From an uncultured Spirochaetota bacterium (lineage in GTDB: Bacteria > Spirochaetota > Spirochaetia > SZUA-6 > Fen-1364): 64,000 nt of DNA. Both the position numbers and the translations under genes were made by a program. Position 1 is the stretch's first letter; each line of letters begins with the position of its first letter. Shown in pieces: positions 10,472-20,060 of the stretch. The notes beneath the pieces are model-generated. The model had not been told where the DNA came from and searched no databases. It worked only from the letters and a program-made list of their open reading frames with translations. The DNA lies in the NCBI GenBank assembly GCA_963734545.1, contig CAVTHO010000010.1, positions 153,060 through 217,059 on the forward strand. Direction: 5' to 3'.

Positions 10472-11466
10472 ATGAGCAACACTCAGGACATCCGGACCGC
10501 ATCTCCTGCGCGGGCGCATCGGTGCCATTTTCGCGTTCCGCGAAACCATCCTCATTCTCGTGCTCGTGGTCGGCGGCATCGTCATGACGGCCGCGTCTCC
10601 CGTTTTCCTCTCCTGGGCGAATCTCGAGGCCATCCTCCTCGGGCTCTCGGTGGAGGGCACCATCGCCGTCGGCATGGTCATCCTTCTGGTCTCGGGCGGC
10701 CTGGATCTCTCCGTCGGCTCCACCCTCGCCTTCACGGGCGTGGTCTGCGGCCTGGCGCTGGCCGCCGGCGCCCCGTCGGTCCTCGCCATCGCGCTGTCCC
10801 TCGTGGCGGCCTTGGCGGTGGGCCTGGTGAACGGTCTTCTCATCGCCAAGCTGAAGATGAATCCTTTCATCATCACGCTGGGCATGATGATCACGATCCG
10901 CGGCCTGCTCCTGGTGATTGCCGGGGGACGGGCCGTGCTGAATCTTCCCGCCGTCCTTCACGGTCATCGGCCAGGGCAGGCTCGCTGGGCATCCAGTATC
11001 CCGATCATCGTCGTCGTGGTCGCTTGCCGTCATCGGCGATCTCCTTCTCAGGAACACGCGCTTTTTCCGGCAGAACTACTACGTCGGGGGGAAGGAGCAG
11101 GCGGCCCGGCTCTCGGGGATCAAGGTGGACTTCATCAAGATCTTCAACTACTGCCTGATCGCCGTCATTTCGGGAGTTGCGGGCCTCATGATCACGGCGC
11201 GGTTCGGTTCCGCGTCCGTCACGGTCGGCTCGGGCATCGAGCTGCGGGTGATCACCGCGGCGATCATCGGCGGCGCGAGCCTCAACGGCGGGGAGGGCTC
11301 CGTGCTCGGGGCGCTGCTGGGCGCGTTCTTCATGGCGATGCTTGCCAACGCCCTCAATCTCCTGGGGGTCGATGTCTACTGGCAGAACCTCGTGACCGGC
11401 GTGATGCTGATCCTTGCCGTCGTATTCGACATGATCAACGAATCCCGCAAGGAGCACCGGACCTAG
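10472..11466 (+). CDS. Second sugar ABC permease, multiply frameshifted
   Basis: GGLDLSVGS, NPFIITLG and ELRVITAAIIGGASL spread across frames. Confidence 0.82.
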
Positions 11467-11479
11467 GTGCGGGTCGGAG

Positions 11480-12470
11480 TCAGTTCACCGGCTCCCAGGT
11501 CCCCGACTTCTCCGACCTGAAAAGGGCGTCCAGCGCCTTCTGATTGCTCACCGTGTCCTCGGGAGGCTGCGGGACCGGGCCGCCGCGCGCGCACCGCGCG
11601 GGAGAAGGCGTCGAAGACTTCCGCGAACTGGTCCACGGGGGGAACGACGATGGTCCTGGTTCCCTGCCAGGTCGTCAGCGTCATCTCCACGGGTGCATCA
11701 GGATACGCGTTGAAGGGAACGTGGATGGTGAGATGTCCCCCGGAGCCGACCACGTCCACCTGCTGCCATGCCTGGGTCTGCGTGCCGACAGTGAACACGG
11801 AGCGCGCTTTTCCGAAATCCAGCACCCCCGTGGTGAGGGTGTCCGTTTTCAGGGACGGGTCCCGGTACAGGAGGCCCATCACGCGCGTCGGCTCGCTCCC
11901 GACCATGAAGCGCGCGGTGGAGACGGCGTACGAGCCGACGTCCCGCAGTCCTCCCCCGCCGATCTCCAGGATGTTCCTGACGTTCGAGGGGTCGGGGAAC
12001 ATGTAGGAGAAAAAGCTGTGCACAGCGTGAATCTCACCCAGCTCCCCTCCGCGCACGAGCTCGGCAGCCCTGATCCACTGCGGGTGAAACCGGTACATCA
12101 GGGATTCCATGACCAGGACTCCCTTTCGCTTCGCGTGGTCAAACGCGTCCTGCCCCTCGGCGGCATTCATGGCAAACGGCTTTTCGCAGAGCACATGCTT
12201 GCCCGCGTCCGCCGCTTTTTTCACCCATTCGGCGTGGAGGTGGTTGGGCAGGGGAATGTAGACCGCCTCCACCTCTTTGTCCGCGAGGAGCTCCGCGTAT
12301 GAACCGCAGGCTCGCGGGATGCCGAGCTTCGCCGCCGCCGCCCGCGCCTTGTCGATGCTTCGTGAGGCGATGGCCTGCACGACATTCATCGAGGATTTCC
12401 TCACGCTCCAGTTGATCTTGCCCGCGAAATGGCTGGAGACTCCCAGGACCCCCCATACAACCGGCTTCAT
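11480..12470 (-). CDS. Gfo/Idh/MocA oxidoreductase (aldose 1-dehydrogenase-like); one frameshift near 11590
   Basis: VYIPLPNHLH, GKHVLCEKP, MYRFHPQW, GGGGLRDVG; C-terminus NQKALDALFRSEKSG in the shifted frame. Confidence 0.88.
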
Positions 12471-13543
12471 CTGCTTCCTTCCTCCCTGCTGATTCGCGCC
12501 GAGACAAGAACCTTGATCCGCGGCTCGCTCCGCACCCGCACGTACTCGAACGCCTCCACGACGTCGTCGAATGAAAAGATCTTCGATATGAGGGGCCGGA
12601 CGCGCACGGCCCCCGACGCCATGAGACGCAGCGCCGCGGGAAAAGCGTTGGGGCTTGCCAGCGAGCCGACCATGACGATGTCCCGCGTGACCAGGTAGTC
12701 GATGTCCGCCGCGACGGCCGGCGAGCCGGTAATGCTCAGGACATTGATGCGGCCCCCGGGAGCCGTGAGGTGAATTGCCTCGTTGAGAGCCGCGGGGTTC
12801 CCGCTGCACTCGGACACCACTTCCGGGGAACCTTCCAGCACCCGGGACACCTCCCGCGCGACGTCTGCGGCGGACGAGTCCACGAGTGGAATGCCAAGCT
12901 CCTCTGCCGTCCCCGCGTGCTCGGCGCTCGGGGCGATGAGGGCCACTCGGGAGGCGCCCATGCACCGGCAGATCTGCGCCGTGAGAAAACCGATCACCCC
13001 GTCCCCGAACACGGCGGCGCGGTCCCCCGGCCTCACGCCGGTCCGCCGCAGGGCGTTCAGGCATGTCGCCGCCGGCTCCGCCAGGGCGGCTTCCTCGAGG
13101 GAGAGGCCCGGTGGAACCGGGTACGTGTGCCGCGCCCGGGTGCGCACGTACTCCGCGAAAGCGCCGTTCTCGCCGATCACCCCGAGCTCGGTGCGCTGCC
13201 TGCACAGATGGTAGTCACCGCGGAGGCAGCTCGTGCATTGCCCGCAGCCGAGGCTGATATCGCCCACCACGCGGTCTCCCGGCTTCAGGCCGCCGGCCTC
13301 CGAACCTGTCGTCTCCACGGTGCCCGACCATTCGTGTCCCGGGGTGAGGGGAAGCGTCGTCAGCCCCTGGCGGATGTACGGCATGCGGCCGTCGTACAGC
13401 TCGATATCGGTTGCGCAGATGCCCACCGCCGCGACGCGCACGAGCACCTGGTCAGGGGCCAGCGCGGGGACGGGGATCCGTTCGACGCGCATGTCCAGGG
13501 GTCCGTGGATGCGCAGCGATTTCATGAGAGCCGGCGTCGTCAT
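12467..13543 (-). CDS. Zinc-dependent alcohol/polyol dehydrogenase (MDR family)
   Basis: GICATD, GHEWSG, CGQCTSC...C, GDGVIG. Confidence 0.92.
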   Translation of the reverse strand: MTTPALMKSLRIHGPLDMRVERIPVPALAPDQVLVRVAAVGICATDIELYDGRMPYIRQGLTTLPLTPGHEWSGTVETTGSEAGGLKPGDRVVGDISLGCGQCTSCLRGDYHLCRQRTELGVIGENGAFAEYVRTRARHTYPVPPGLSLEEAALAEPAATCLNALRRTGVRPGDRAAVFGDGVIGFLTAQICRCMGASRVALIAPSAEHAGTAEELGIPLVDSSAADVAREVSRVLEGSPEVVSECSGNPAALNEAIHLTAPGGRINVLSITGSPAVAADIDYLVTRDIVMVGSLASPNAFPAALRLMASGAVRVRPLISKIFSFDDVVEAFEYVRVRSEPRIKVLVSARISREEGSR

Positions 13544-13552
13544 GGGGCTCCC

Positions 13553-13603
13553 ATAGTACCGCATGAGCCGGGCGCTGTCCAGAACATGAAACTATGTTTT
13601 AAA
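13553..13603 (-). promoter_or_regulatory. sigma70 promoter plus KdgR-type operator 4
   Basis: TGGACA(13581-13576)-17 nt-TACTAT(13558-13553); ATGAAACTATGTTTTAAA at 13586-13603. Confidence 0.72.
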
Positions 13604-13653
13604 AACAGAGATGACAACTGATCGGGAGGCGGTGCCGGAGCCCCTTGGCGCGG

Positions 13654-14226
13654 CTACGCGCTCGCGATTTTCATCCCCAGCTCGAACGCCTGGCTCATGA
13701 GGGCCTTGTTCTTGCGGACTTCTCCCGGCGCGTTCGCGCTGCCGTAGACCATCCCCTCGATCGGCGCTTTCATGAATCCGAAGGCGTCTCGGAATGCATA
13801 GATGGCGTTCACCGCTCCGGAGGCCAGCGGATCCACGTCCTGGTAGGTGAGGACAACGCCGATCCTTTTTCCCGCCATGCCGTGTCCGTCGGGACCGATG
13901 AAGGCATAGAGACGGTCCATGAAGAGCTTGGTCTGCGCCGACATCGTGAACCAGTACACGGGGGAAGCGATGACGAGGGCATCCGCCTCCCGGAGCCGGG
14001 GGTAGATGCCCCGCATCCCGTCACGCTGGACGCACGTGAAGTTCTTGTTTCGCTGGCAGGCATCGCAGGCGCGGCACGGCCTCAGGTCCATCCCGTGCAG
14101 GCGGATCGTCTCGGGGGCTCCTCCGGACTTCCTGACCCCCTGTGCAACGCGTTCGCCCAGGGTTGCGCTGTTGCCGCGCGCCCGCGGGCTGCCGAGGACG
14201 ATCAGCACTTTCTTCCGTTTCATCAC
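13654..14226 (-). CDS. Flavodoxin family / iron-sulfur flavoprotein (WrbA-like)
   Basis: GSPRARGNS, CRACDAC...C, ASPVYW, KLFMDR. Confidence 0.9.
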   Translation of the reverse strand: MMKRKKVLIVLGSPRARGNSATLGERVAQGVRKSGGAPETIRLHGMDLRPCRACDACQRNKNFTCVQRDGMRGIYPRLREADALVIASPVYWFTMSAQTKLFMDRLYAFIGPDGHGMAGKRIGVVLTYQDVDPLASGAVNAIYAFRDAFGFMKAPIEGMVYGSANAPGEVRKNKALMSQAFELGMKIASA

Positions 14227-14366
14227 CTTCTCCCCCCGGGAACCAGTATCTCCCGGCTCCGCCGGTTGTCAAGCTGAAGCAGGCTGGCCGCCTGCCAGTA
14301 GACTGGAGCTCAACGGCCGCCGCCTGTGACTGCTGCACTCCAGGCGGCGCCGGTGTAGAATACGTC

Positions 14367-16217
14367 ATGAGGAAGCTGTCTCTGCAGGTGGCGGCGTGTC
14401 TGTTGATTGCTCCCGTCGCCTTCGCGCAGGACTTCTTCGACCTCGTCAAATCAGGAACGTCCGAGCAGGTACAAGCCGCACTATCAAATGGCGCGAACAT
14501 CGAGGACAGGAATGCGAGCGGCCTTACGCCCCTGATGTGGGCGGCAATGGGAAACCCGAACCCCGCGGTCATCACGACTCTGCTGGAGAGCGGGGCCAGG
14601 GTCGATGACCGCAACGGCACGACTGCCTTGATGTGGGCGGCAATGGGAAACCCGAATCCCGCGGTCATTACGACTCTGCTGGAGAACGGGGCCAGGGTCG
14701 ATGACCGCAACAATGACGGGCTCACAGCCTTGATGTGGGCGGCAATGGGAAACCCGAACCCGGAGATCATTACGACTCTGCTGGAGAACGGGGCCAGGGT
14801 CGACGACCACAACGAGGGAGGCCTCACGCCCCTGATGTGGGCGGCAATGAGGAATCCGAATCCCGCAATCATCACGACTCTGGTGGAGAACGGGGCCAGG
14901 GTCGACGACCGCGATGGGCAGGGCACGACAGCTTCAATGTGGGCGGCAATCGGCAATCCGAATCCGGAGATCATCACGGCCCTGCTGCAAAACGGTGCCA
15001 GGATCGACGACCGCAACAAGGGCGGCCTCACGCCCCTGATGTGGGCGGCGGAGTTCAATCCGAATCCTGGGATCATCACGACCCTGTTGAACAACGGGGC
15101 CACGATCGACGACCGCAACGAGGGCGGCCTCACGCCGTTGTTGGGAGCGGCGGAGTTCAATCCGAACCCCGAGGTCGTCAAGACACTCCTGGACAATGGG
15201 GCCAGGGTCGATGACCGCGATGCGCACGGCACGACGGCCCTGATGCTGGCTGCGATGAGCAATCGGAATCCTGAGGTTACTGCGACGCTGCTGTCGAACG
15301 GAGCCAGGGTCGATGACCGCGATGAGCACGGGACGACGGCCTTGATGTGGACGGCAAAGAGCAACTCGAATCCCGCGATCATCACCACGCTGCTGGCGAA
15401 TGGCGCGACGGACGAGGTTGGCGATACGCTGTGGATGGCAATGAGGAACTCGGACCCCGATATCATTGCGCCTCTGCTGGAGAATGGGGCCAAGATCAGC
15501 TACCGGGACAAGGATGGCGTGACACCGTTGATGCGGGCGGCATGGTACAACCCGAATCCTGCGGTCATCGCGACCCTTGTGGAAAACGGGGCGAAGGTCG
15601 GCGACCGGTCAAAAAGAGGCTGGACAGCCCTGATGTACGCGGCACAGTTCAATGCGAACTCCGAGGTCATCACGACTCTGGTGGAAAACGGGGCAATTGT
15701 CGGCGACCGGGACAGGAACGGCTTCACGCCCTTGATGCTGGCGTCACGGGGCAACCGGAACCCCAAGGTCATCGCCGCTCTCCTCACGAACGGCGCGGCG
15801 GTTGAAAGCCGAAACAAGTTCGGTTGGACGCCGTTGATGTATGCGGCCAGAGACAATCCCGGCCCGGAGGCCGTCACGATCCTCGTGAGGAGCGGAGCGA
15901 AGACGAACGACAAGGACAAGAATGGCGTCACACCCCTGATGTGGGCAGCAATGAGAAACGCGAATCCCGACGTCATCGCGAGCCTCGTGAAGAGTGGCGC
16001 AAAGCTTGACGACCGGGACGCGAGCGGCCGGACAGCCCTGATGTGGGCGGCAGTGGCCAACCGGAATCCGGAGGTCATCACGGCCTTGTTGAAGGCCGGG
16101 GCAGATCCTCGGATGAAATCGAACGAAGGTCAGACTGCCTTCGATTATGCCGCGCACAACAGCAGGCTGAGGGGTTCTGACGCTTACCGGGAACTGCGCG
16201 CGGGTCGAAAGCCGTAG
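14367..16217 (+). CDS. Secreted ankyrin-repeat protein (~17 repeats)
   Basis: Signal peptide (..PVAFA/QD), then repeated GxTPLMWAA.GNPNPxVITTLLENGARVDDR. Confidence 0.93.
   Translation: MRKLSLQVAACLLIAPVAFAQDFFDLVKSGTSEQVQAALSNGANIEDRNASGLTPLMWAAMGNPNPAVITTLLESGARVDDRNGTTALMWAAMGNPNPAVITTLLENGARVDDRNNDGLTALMWAAMGNPNPEIITTLLENGARVDDHNEGGLTPLMWAAMRNPNPAIITTLVENGARVDDRDGQGTTASMWAAIGNPNPEIITALLQNGARIDDRNKGGLTPLMWAAEFNPNPGIITTLLNNGATIDDRNEGGLTPLLGAAEFNPNPEVVKTLLDNGARVDDRDAHGTTALMLAAMSNRNPEVTATLLSNGARVDDRDEHGTTALMWTAKSNSNPAIITTLLANGATDEVGDTLWMAMRNSDPDIIAPLLENGAKISYRDKDGVTPLMRAAWYNPNPAVIATLVENGAKVGDRSKRGWTALMYAAQFNANSEVITTLVENGAIVGDRDRNGFTPLMLASRGNRNPKVIAALLTNGAAVESRNKFGWTPLMYAARDNPGPEAVTILVRSGAKTNDKDKNGVTPLMWAAMRNANPDVIASLVKSGAKLDDRDASGRTALMWAAVANRNPEVITALLKAGADPRMKSNEGQTAFDYAAHNSRLRGSDAYRELRAGRKP
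14500..16120 (+). repeat. ~99-bp coding tandem repeats (ankyrin units)
   Basis: Recurrent ctgatgtgggcggcaatg...ggggccagggtcgatgaccgc. Confidence 0.85.
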
Positions 16218-16299
16218 GGCCGGGATGATCCTGGCGGAGACCTTCGCGCCGCCGAGACGGCAGGCACCCCGGCGGCGCGAGCTGCAGCACAGAAGGGGC

Positions 16300-16830
16300 T
16301 CAGCGCCTGAAGCCGTTGCCCCCATAGCCGTACTGCGTGAGCTGCACCGCCTTCGACAGGTCGGCGCTCTTGGGGCTGTACCACAGGTTGCCCGAGAGCC
16401 TCTTCCCGGAGCCGATCATGGCGAAGGCGCCCAGGTCCCGGACGCGTGGGATAGCCCTGATCACCAGGTCGGTGCCGATGATAATCACATCGTAGTGGTA
16501 ATTTATGTCCTTCACGGGGTTCATTGTAAGGCCCAGTGTGCCGCCCCCGGGTGCTTTCACGCCCTTGACCAGCTCGGCGAGCGTGCACAGGCGTCCCGGG
16601 CCCGAATCCGCGTTGATGCAGTCCTGCTCGAGGCCCCAGATGCCGTACACGAAGAGGAATGCCACCTGCTCGCCGGGCTGAAGGGTGAGCACCTCCTCGT
16701 CTCCGTATTTGAGCTCCTCGAACTTTGTGCCGTCAGGCACGGAGACGGGGGAAGGCGCTGCCTGCGCCATGGCCGGCAGTACGAGCATGAGGCAGAGAAC
16801 AGCGAGCACGTGTCCGAGTCGAATACGCAT
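16300..16830 (-). CDS. Hypothetical exported protein
   Basis: Signal peptide (LPAMA/QA), AGGAG RBS. Confidence 0.75.
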   Translation of the reverse strand: MRIRLGHVLAVLCLMLVLPAMAQAAPSPVSVPDGTKFEELKYGDEEVLTLQPGEQVAFLFVYGIWGLEQDCINADSGPGRLCTLAELVKGVKAPGGGTLGLTMNPVKDINYHYDVIIIGTDLVIRAIPRVRDLGAFAMIGSGKRLSGNLWYSPKSADLSKAVQLTQYGYGGNGFRR

Positions 16831-16978
16831 CGATCAGCTCCTTTTGTCCAGATTCTAGTGTCATGATTCTATGCGACAACCGGTTTGCCCGCAAGCTGAT
16901 AAAGGAGCGGAGGGCGGATTGTCCGGTGTTGGATTAGAAGACCTTTCTTGTCATAATACGGCATTTCCGGGAGGTTTC

Positions 16979-17641
16979 ATGCTCGCCCTCGAAGGGATCT
17001 GCAAATCCTACCCCATGGGCTCGGGCAGGCTGGAGGTGCTCAAAGGCATCGACCTTCGCGTCGAGGCCGGGGAGTTCGTTTCGGTAATGGGCGCCTCGGG
17101 CTCCGGGAAGTCCACCCTGCTGAACGTCATCGGAATCCTGGACGACTATGACAGCGGGGAGTACCGCCTGCAGGGCACGCTCATCAAAGACTTGACCGCG
17201 GCAAGGGCGGCTTTTTTCCGAAACCGCTACCTGGGCTTCATCTTCCAGGCATTCAATCTCCTTGCATTCAAGAACGCGCAGGAAAATGTGGCGCTGCCCC
17301 TTTACTACCGGAAAGTGGGGAGAAAGGAGCGCAACCGGATCGCCCTGGATTACCTTGAACGAGTGGGCCTCAGGGACTGGGCGGAGCACACCCCCTCCCA
17401 GCTCTCGGGTGGAGAGAATCAGAGGGTCGCCATCGCCAGAGCGCTTGTCACGGGCCCCAGGATCATCCTGGCCGATGAGCCCACCGGAGCCCTGGACTCC
17501 CAGACCTCGGAGGAGATCGTCAGGCTGCTGCGGGATATCAACAGGGAAGGAGTCACCATCATCATCGTGACGCATGAGCACGAGGTCGCCCGGATGACGG
17601 ACCGGATCGTGAGGATCAAGGACGGGAGGATCGAGGGGTGA
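16979..17641 (+). CDS. ABC ATP-binding protein (LolD/MacB type)
   Basis: GASGSGKST, LSGGENQRVAIARAL, LADEPTGALD. Confidence 0.93.
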   Translation: MLALEGICKSYPMGSGRLEVLKGIDLRVEAGEFVSVMGASGSGKSTLLNVIGILDDYDSGEYRLQGTLIKDLTAARAAFFRNRYLGFIFQAFNLLAFKNAQENVALPLYYRKVGRKERNRIALDYLERVGLRDWAEHTPSQLSGGENQRVAIARALVTGPRIILADEPTGALDSQTSEEIVRLLRDINREGVTIIIVTHEHEVARMTDRIVRIKDGRIEG

Positions 17642-18897
17642 GCATGTTGTGGGACGCGGACGAGTGGCAGGAGATCCTCTCCGGTCTGAAGAAACACAAG
17701 CTGCGAACCGCCCTGACAGCCTTCGGCGTGTTCTGGGGAATCTTCATGCTGGTGCTCCTGATCGGAATCGGCAACGGTCTTGAGACCGGCGTGATGCGGC
17801 AATTCGAGGATCTGGCCGTCAACACCCTCTATGTATGGTCCGACAGGACCTCCATCCCCTACAAGGGATTGAAGGCCGGCCGCTGGTTCCCCCTGACCAA
17901 CGAGGATACGGGGGCTCTGCAAGCCTCCTTTCCCGAGATCCAGAACATTTCTCCTCAATTGAACCTGTGGGGCGATTATACGGTGGACCGCAAGGACAAG
18001 AGCAGCTCCTTCCGTGTTTCCGGCGTCGGACCGGAGTATCTCAGGATCAGGGCCACCCGGATAGAAAAGGGACGGCCGTTCAACCTCCTCGACATGGAGA
18101 GAAAACGCAAGGTGGCGGTGATCGGCACCCGGGTGCGGGAGGTGCTGTTCGCAAACGGCGAGGATCCGCTGGGCCAGTACATCAAGATCAAAGGGGTGTA
18201 CTTCCAGGTCGTCGGCCTGCTGGGGACCAGGGCGGTCGGCGGCAACCGCGAAGAGGCGGAGACCATCGCCATTCCCTTTTCCACCATGCAGCAGGCCTTC
18301 AACATGAAGAATTGGGTCCACTTCTACGTCATGAACGTCAAGACGGGCCGTCCCCTGACGGAGGTGGAGAGCCGGATCAAGAGCTTTCTCGCCCTTCGCC
18401 ACGAAGTCTCTCCGCAGGATCCCCGGGCCATCGGGTCCTGGAACAATGCCCGTGAGTTCAACAGCCTGAAGGGGCTCTTCGGGGGCGTCAACATTTTCAT
18501 CTGGATCGTGGGCATAGGCACCATCGTGGCCGGGATCGTGGGAGTGAGCAACATCATGCTGATCATCGTCAAGGAGCGTACCCGCGAGATCGGGATCCGC
18601 ATGGCCGTGGGTGCGACGCCCGGCTCGATCATCGGCATGATCATCCGCGAGTCGGTCCTGATCACCTCGGTTTCAGGGTATCTGGGCATGGTGGCGGGAG
18701 TGGGCGTGATCGAGCTTGTCAGCCGTCTGATGAACACCTTCAGGATGCAGAACCAGTATTTCTCCAATCCCTACGTCGATATTCGCATTGCGATCACGGC
18801 CACGGTCCTTCTGGTCCTGGCCGGGACGGCCGCCGGGTTCTTTCCCGCCCTGAGGGCGGCCGGAATCAAGCCCATTGAGGCTCTGAAAGAGGAATAA
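17638..18897 (+). CDS. ABC permease (MacB/FtsX family)
   Basis: KLRTALT, VSNIMLIIVKERTREIGIRMAVGA, KPIEALKEE. Confidence 0.93.
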   Translation: MSMLWDADEWQEILSGLKKHKLRTALTAFGVFWGIFMLVLLIGIGNGLETGVMRQFEDLAVNTLYVWSDRTSIPYKGLKAGRWFPLTNEDTGALQASFPEIQNISPQLNLWGDYTVDRKDKSSSFRVSGVGPEYLRIRATRIEKGRPFNLLDMERKRKVAVIGTRVREVLFANGEDPLGQYIKIKGVYFQVVGLLGTRAVGGNREEAETIAIPFSTMQQAFNMKNWVHFYVMNVKTGRPLTEVESRIKSFLALRHEVSPQDPRAIGSWNNAREFNSLKGLFGGVNIFIWIVGIGTIVAGIVGVSNIMLIIVKERTREIGIRMAVGATPGSIIGMIIRESVLITSVSGYLGMVAGVGVIELVSRLMNTFRMQNQYFSNPYVDIRIAITATVLLVLAGTAAGFFPALRAAGIKPIEALKEE

Positions 18898-18903
18898 TCC
18901 CTT

Positions 18904-20010
18904 ATGAAAAAGTTCGGCGGGCGCATCATCGGGATCCTGCTTCTCGTTCTTTTCCTTGCCACGCTGGCATTCCTGGTCAGCAAGTCACGCAAACCCGCGG
19001 TCGTATATGAAAGCGAGAAGCCCGAGGTCATGGATATCGTGGAGAAGACGGTGACCACGGGATCGATCGTCCCCAAGAAGGAGATCACGGTGAAGTCCCG
19101 GATGTCCGGGATAATCAATGAGGTCTTCGTCGAACCCGGGGACAAGGTAAAGACCGGGGATCCCATCATTTCGATCAAGGTGGTGCCGGACAACGTCAAC
19201 CTGAACAAGGCGGAAATGGACTTGAAGAAGGCGCGGATCGCCCTCGAAAAGGCTCAAGCCGATTTATCGAGACAGGAAGGGCTGCATACGGGAGAGGTCA
19301 TCGCTGACGCGGAATTGGAAAAATACACCGTGGCCTACCGGCTGGCCAAAGAGGACGTGGATTGGGCGGAGAACAATCTGCTCCTGCTCAAGGAAGGGGC
19401 GTCAAAAAAAGCGGGCCAGGTTTCCAACGTCGTATTCTCGCCGTCCGCGGGCACCATATTGGAGGTGCCGGTGAAACCGGGAGGATCGGTGATAGAAAGC
19501 AACAACTTCAACGAGGGAACCACCATCGCCTCCATCGCGGACATGGGGAACCTCGTCTTCGAGGGGCAATTGGACGAATCAGAGATCGGCAAGGTGCGGC
19601 CGGGGATGGAGTTGATCATCTCCGTCGCCGCCCTTTCAGAGGCCAGGCTGTCGGCCCGCCTGGATTTCATTGCCCCCAAGGGGGTGGTGAACCAGGGCTC
19701 GGTCCAGTTCGACATCAAGGCCCATATTTCACCTCCGCCGGGACTGCTCCTTCGCGCGGGCTACAGCGCCAGCGCCGACATCGTCCTGGGCAGAGCGGAA
19801 AAGGCGCTCACCGTGCGGGAGCAGAACGTCCTTTTCGAGGAAGACAAGACCTTCGTCGAGGTGGGAACCGGGGGCAACCAGTTCAGCCGGCGCGAAGTGA
19901 CCCTCGGATTGTCCGACGGCATCCACGTCCAGATCAAATCCGGGCTCTCCGCCGGAGAGTCCATCAAGGTCCAGACCGTGAGCGAGAAAGTCAGATCCCC
20001 TGCGTCATGA
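18904..20010 (+). CDS. Periplasmic adaptor / membrane fusion protein (MacA-like)
   Basis: N-terminal anchor, lipoyl-like halves, coiled coil, GLSDG motif. Confidence 0.9.
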   Translation: MKKFGGRIIGILLLVLFLATLAFLVSKSRKPAVVYESEKPEVMDIVEKTVTTGSIVPKKEITVKSRMSGIINEVFVEPGDKVKTGDPIISIKVVPDNVNLNKAEMDLKKARIALEKAQADLSRQEGLHTGEVIADAELEKYTVAYRLAKEDVDWAENNLLLLKEGASKKAGQVSNVVFSPSAGTILEVPVKPGGSVIESNNFNEGTTIASIADMGNLVFEGQLDESEIGKVRPGMELIISVAALSEARLSARLDFIAPKGVVNQGSVQFDIKAHISPPPGLLLRAGYSASADIVLGRAEKALTVREQNVLFEEDKTFVEVGTGGNQFSRREVTLGLSDGIHVQIKSGLSAGESIKVQTVSEKVRSPAS

Positions 20011-20060
20011 TGCCGCGGTGCATACACACACGCCGCGGGAATTGCTGAAAGGAATGCACG

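Noticed and set aside
8200-11600. Programmed ribosomal frameshifting or phase variation in the second ABC operon
   Set aside because: Too many shifts, with no consistent slippery sites or long homopolymers; the pattern fits sequencing error
14500-16120. Regular DNA repeats as a CRISPR array or DGR template
   Set aside because: They are in-frame 99-bp ankyrin coding units; no unique spacers, cas genes or reverse transcriptase are present
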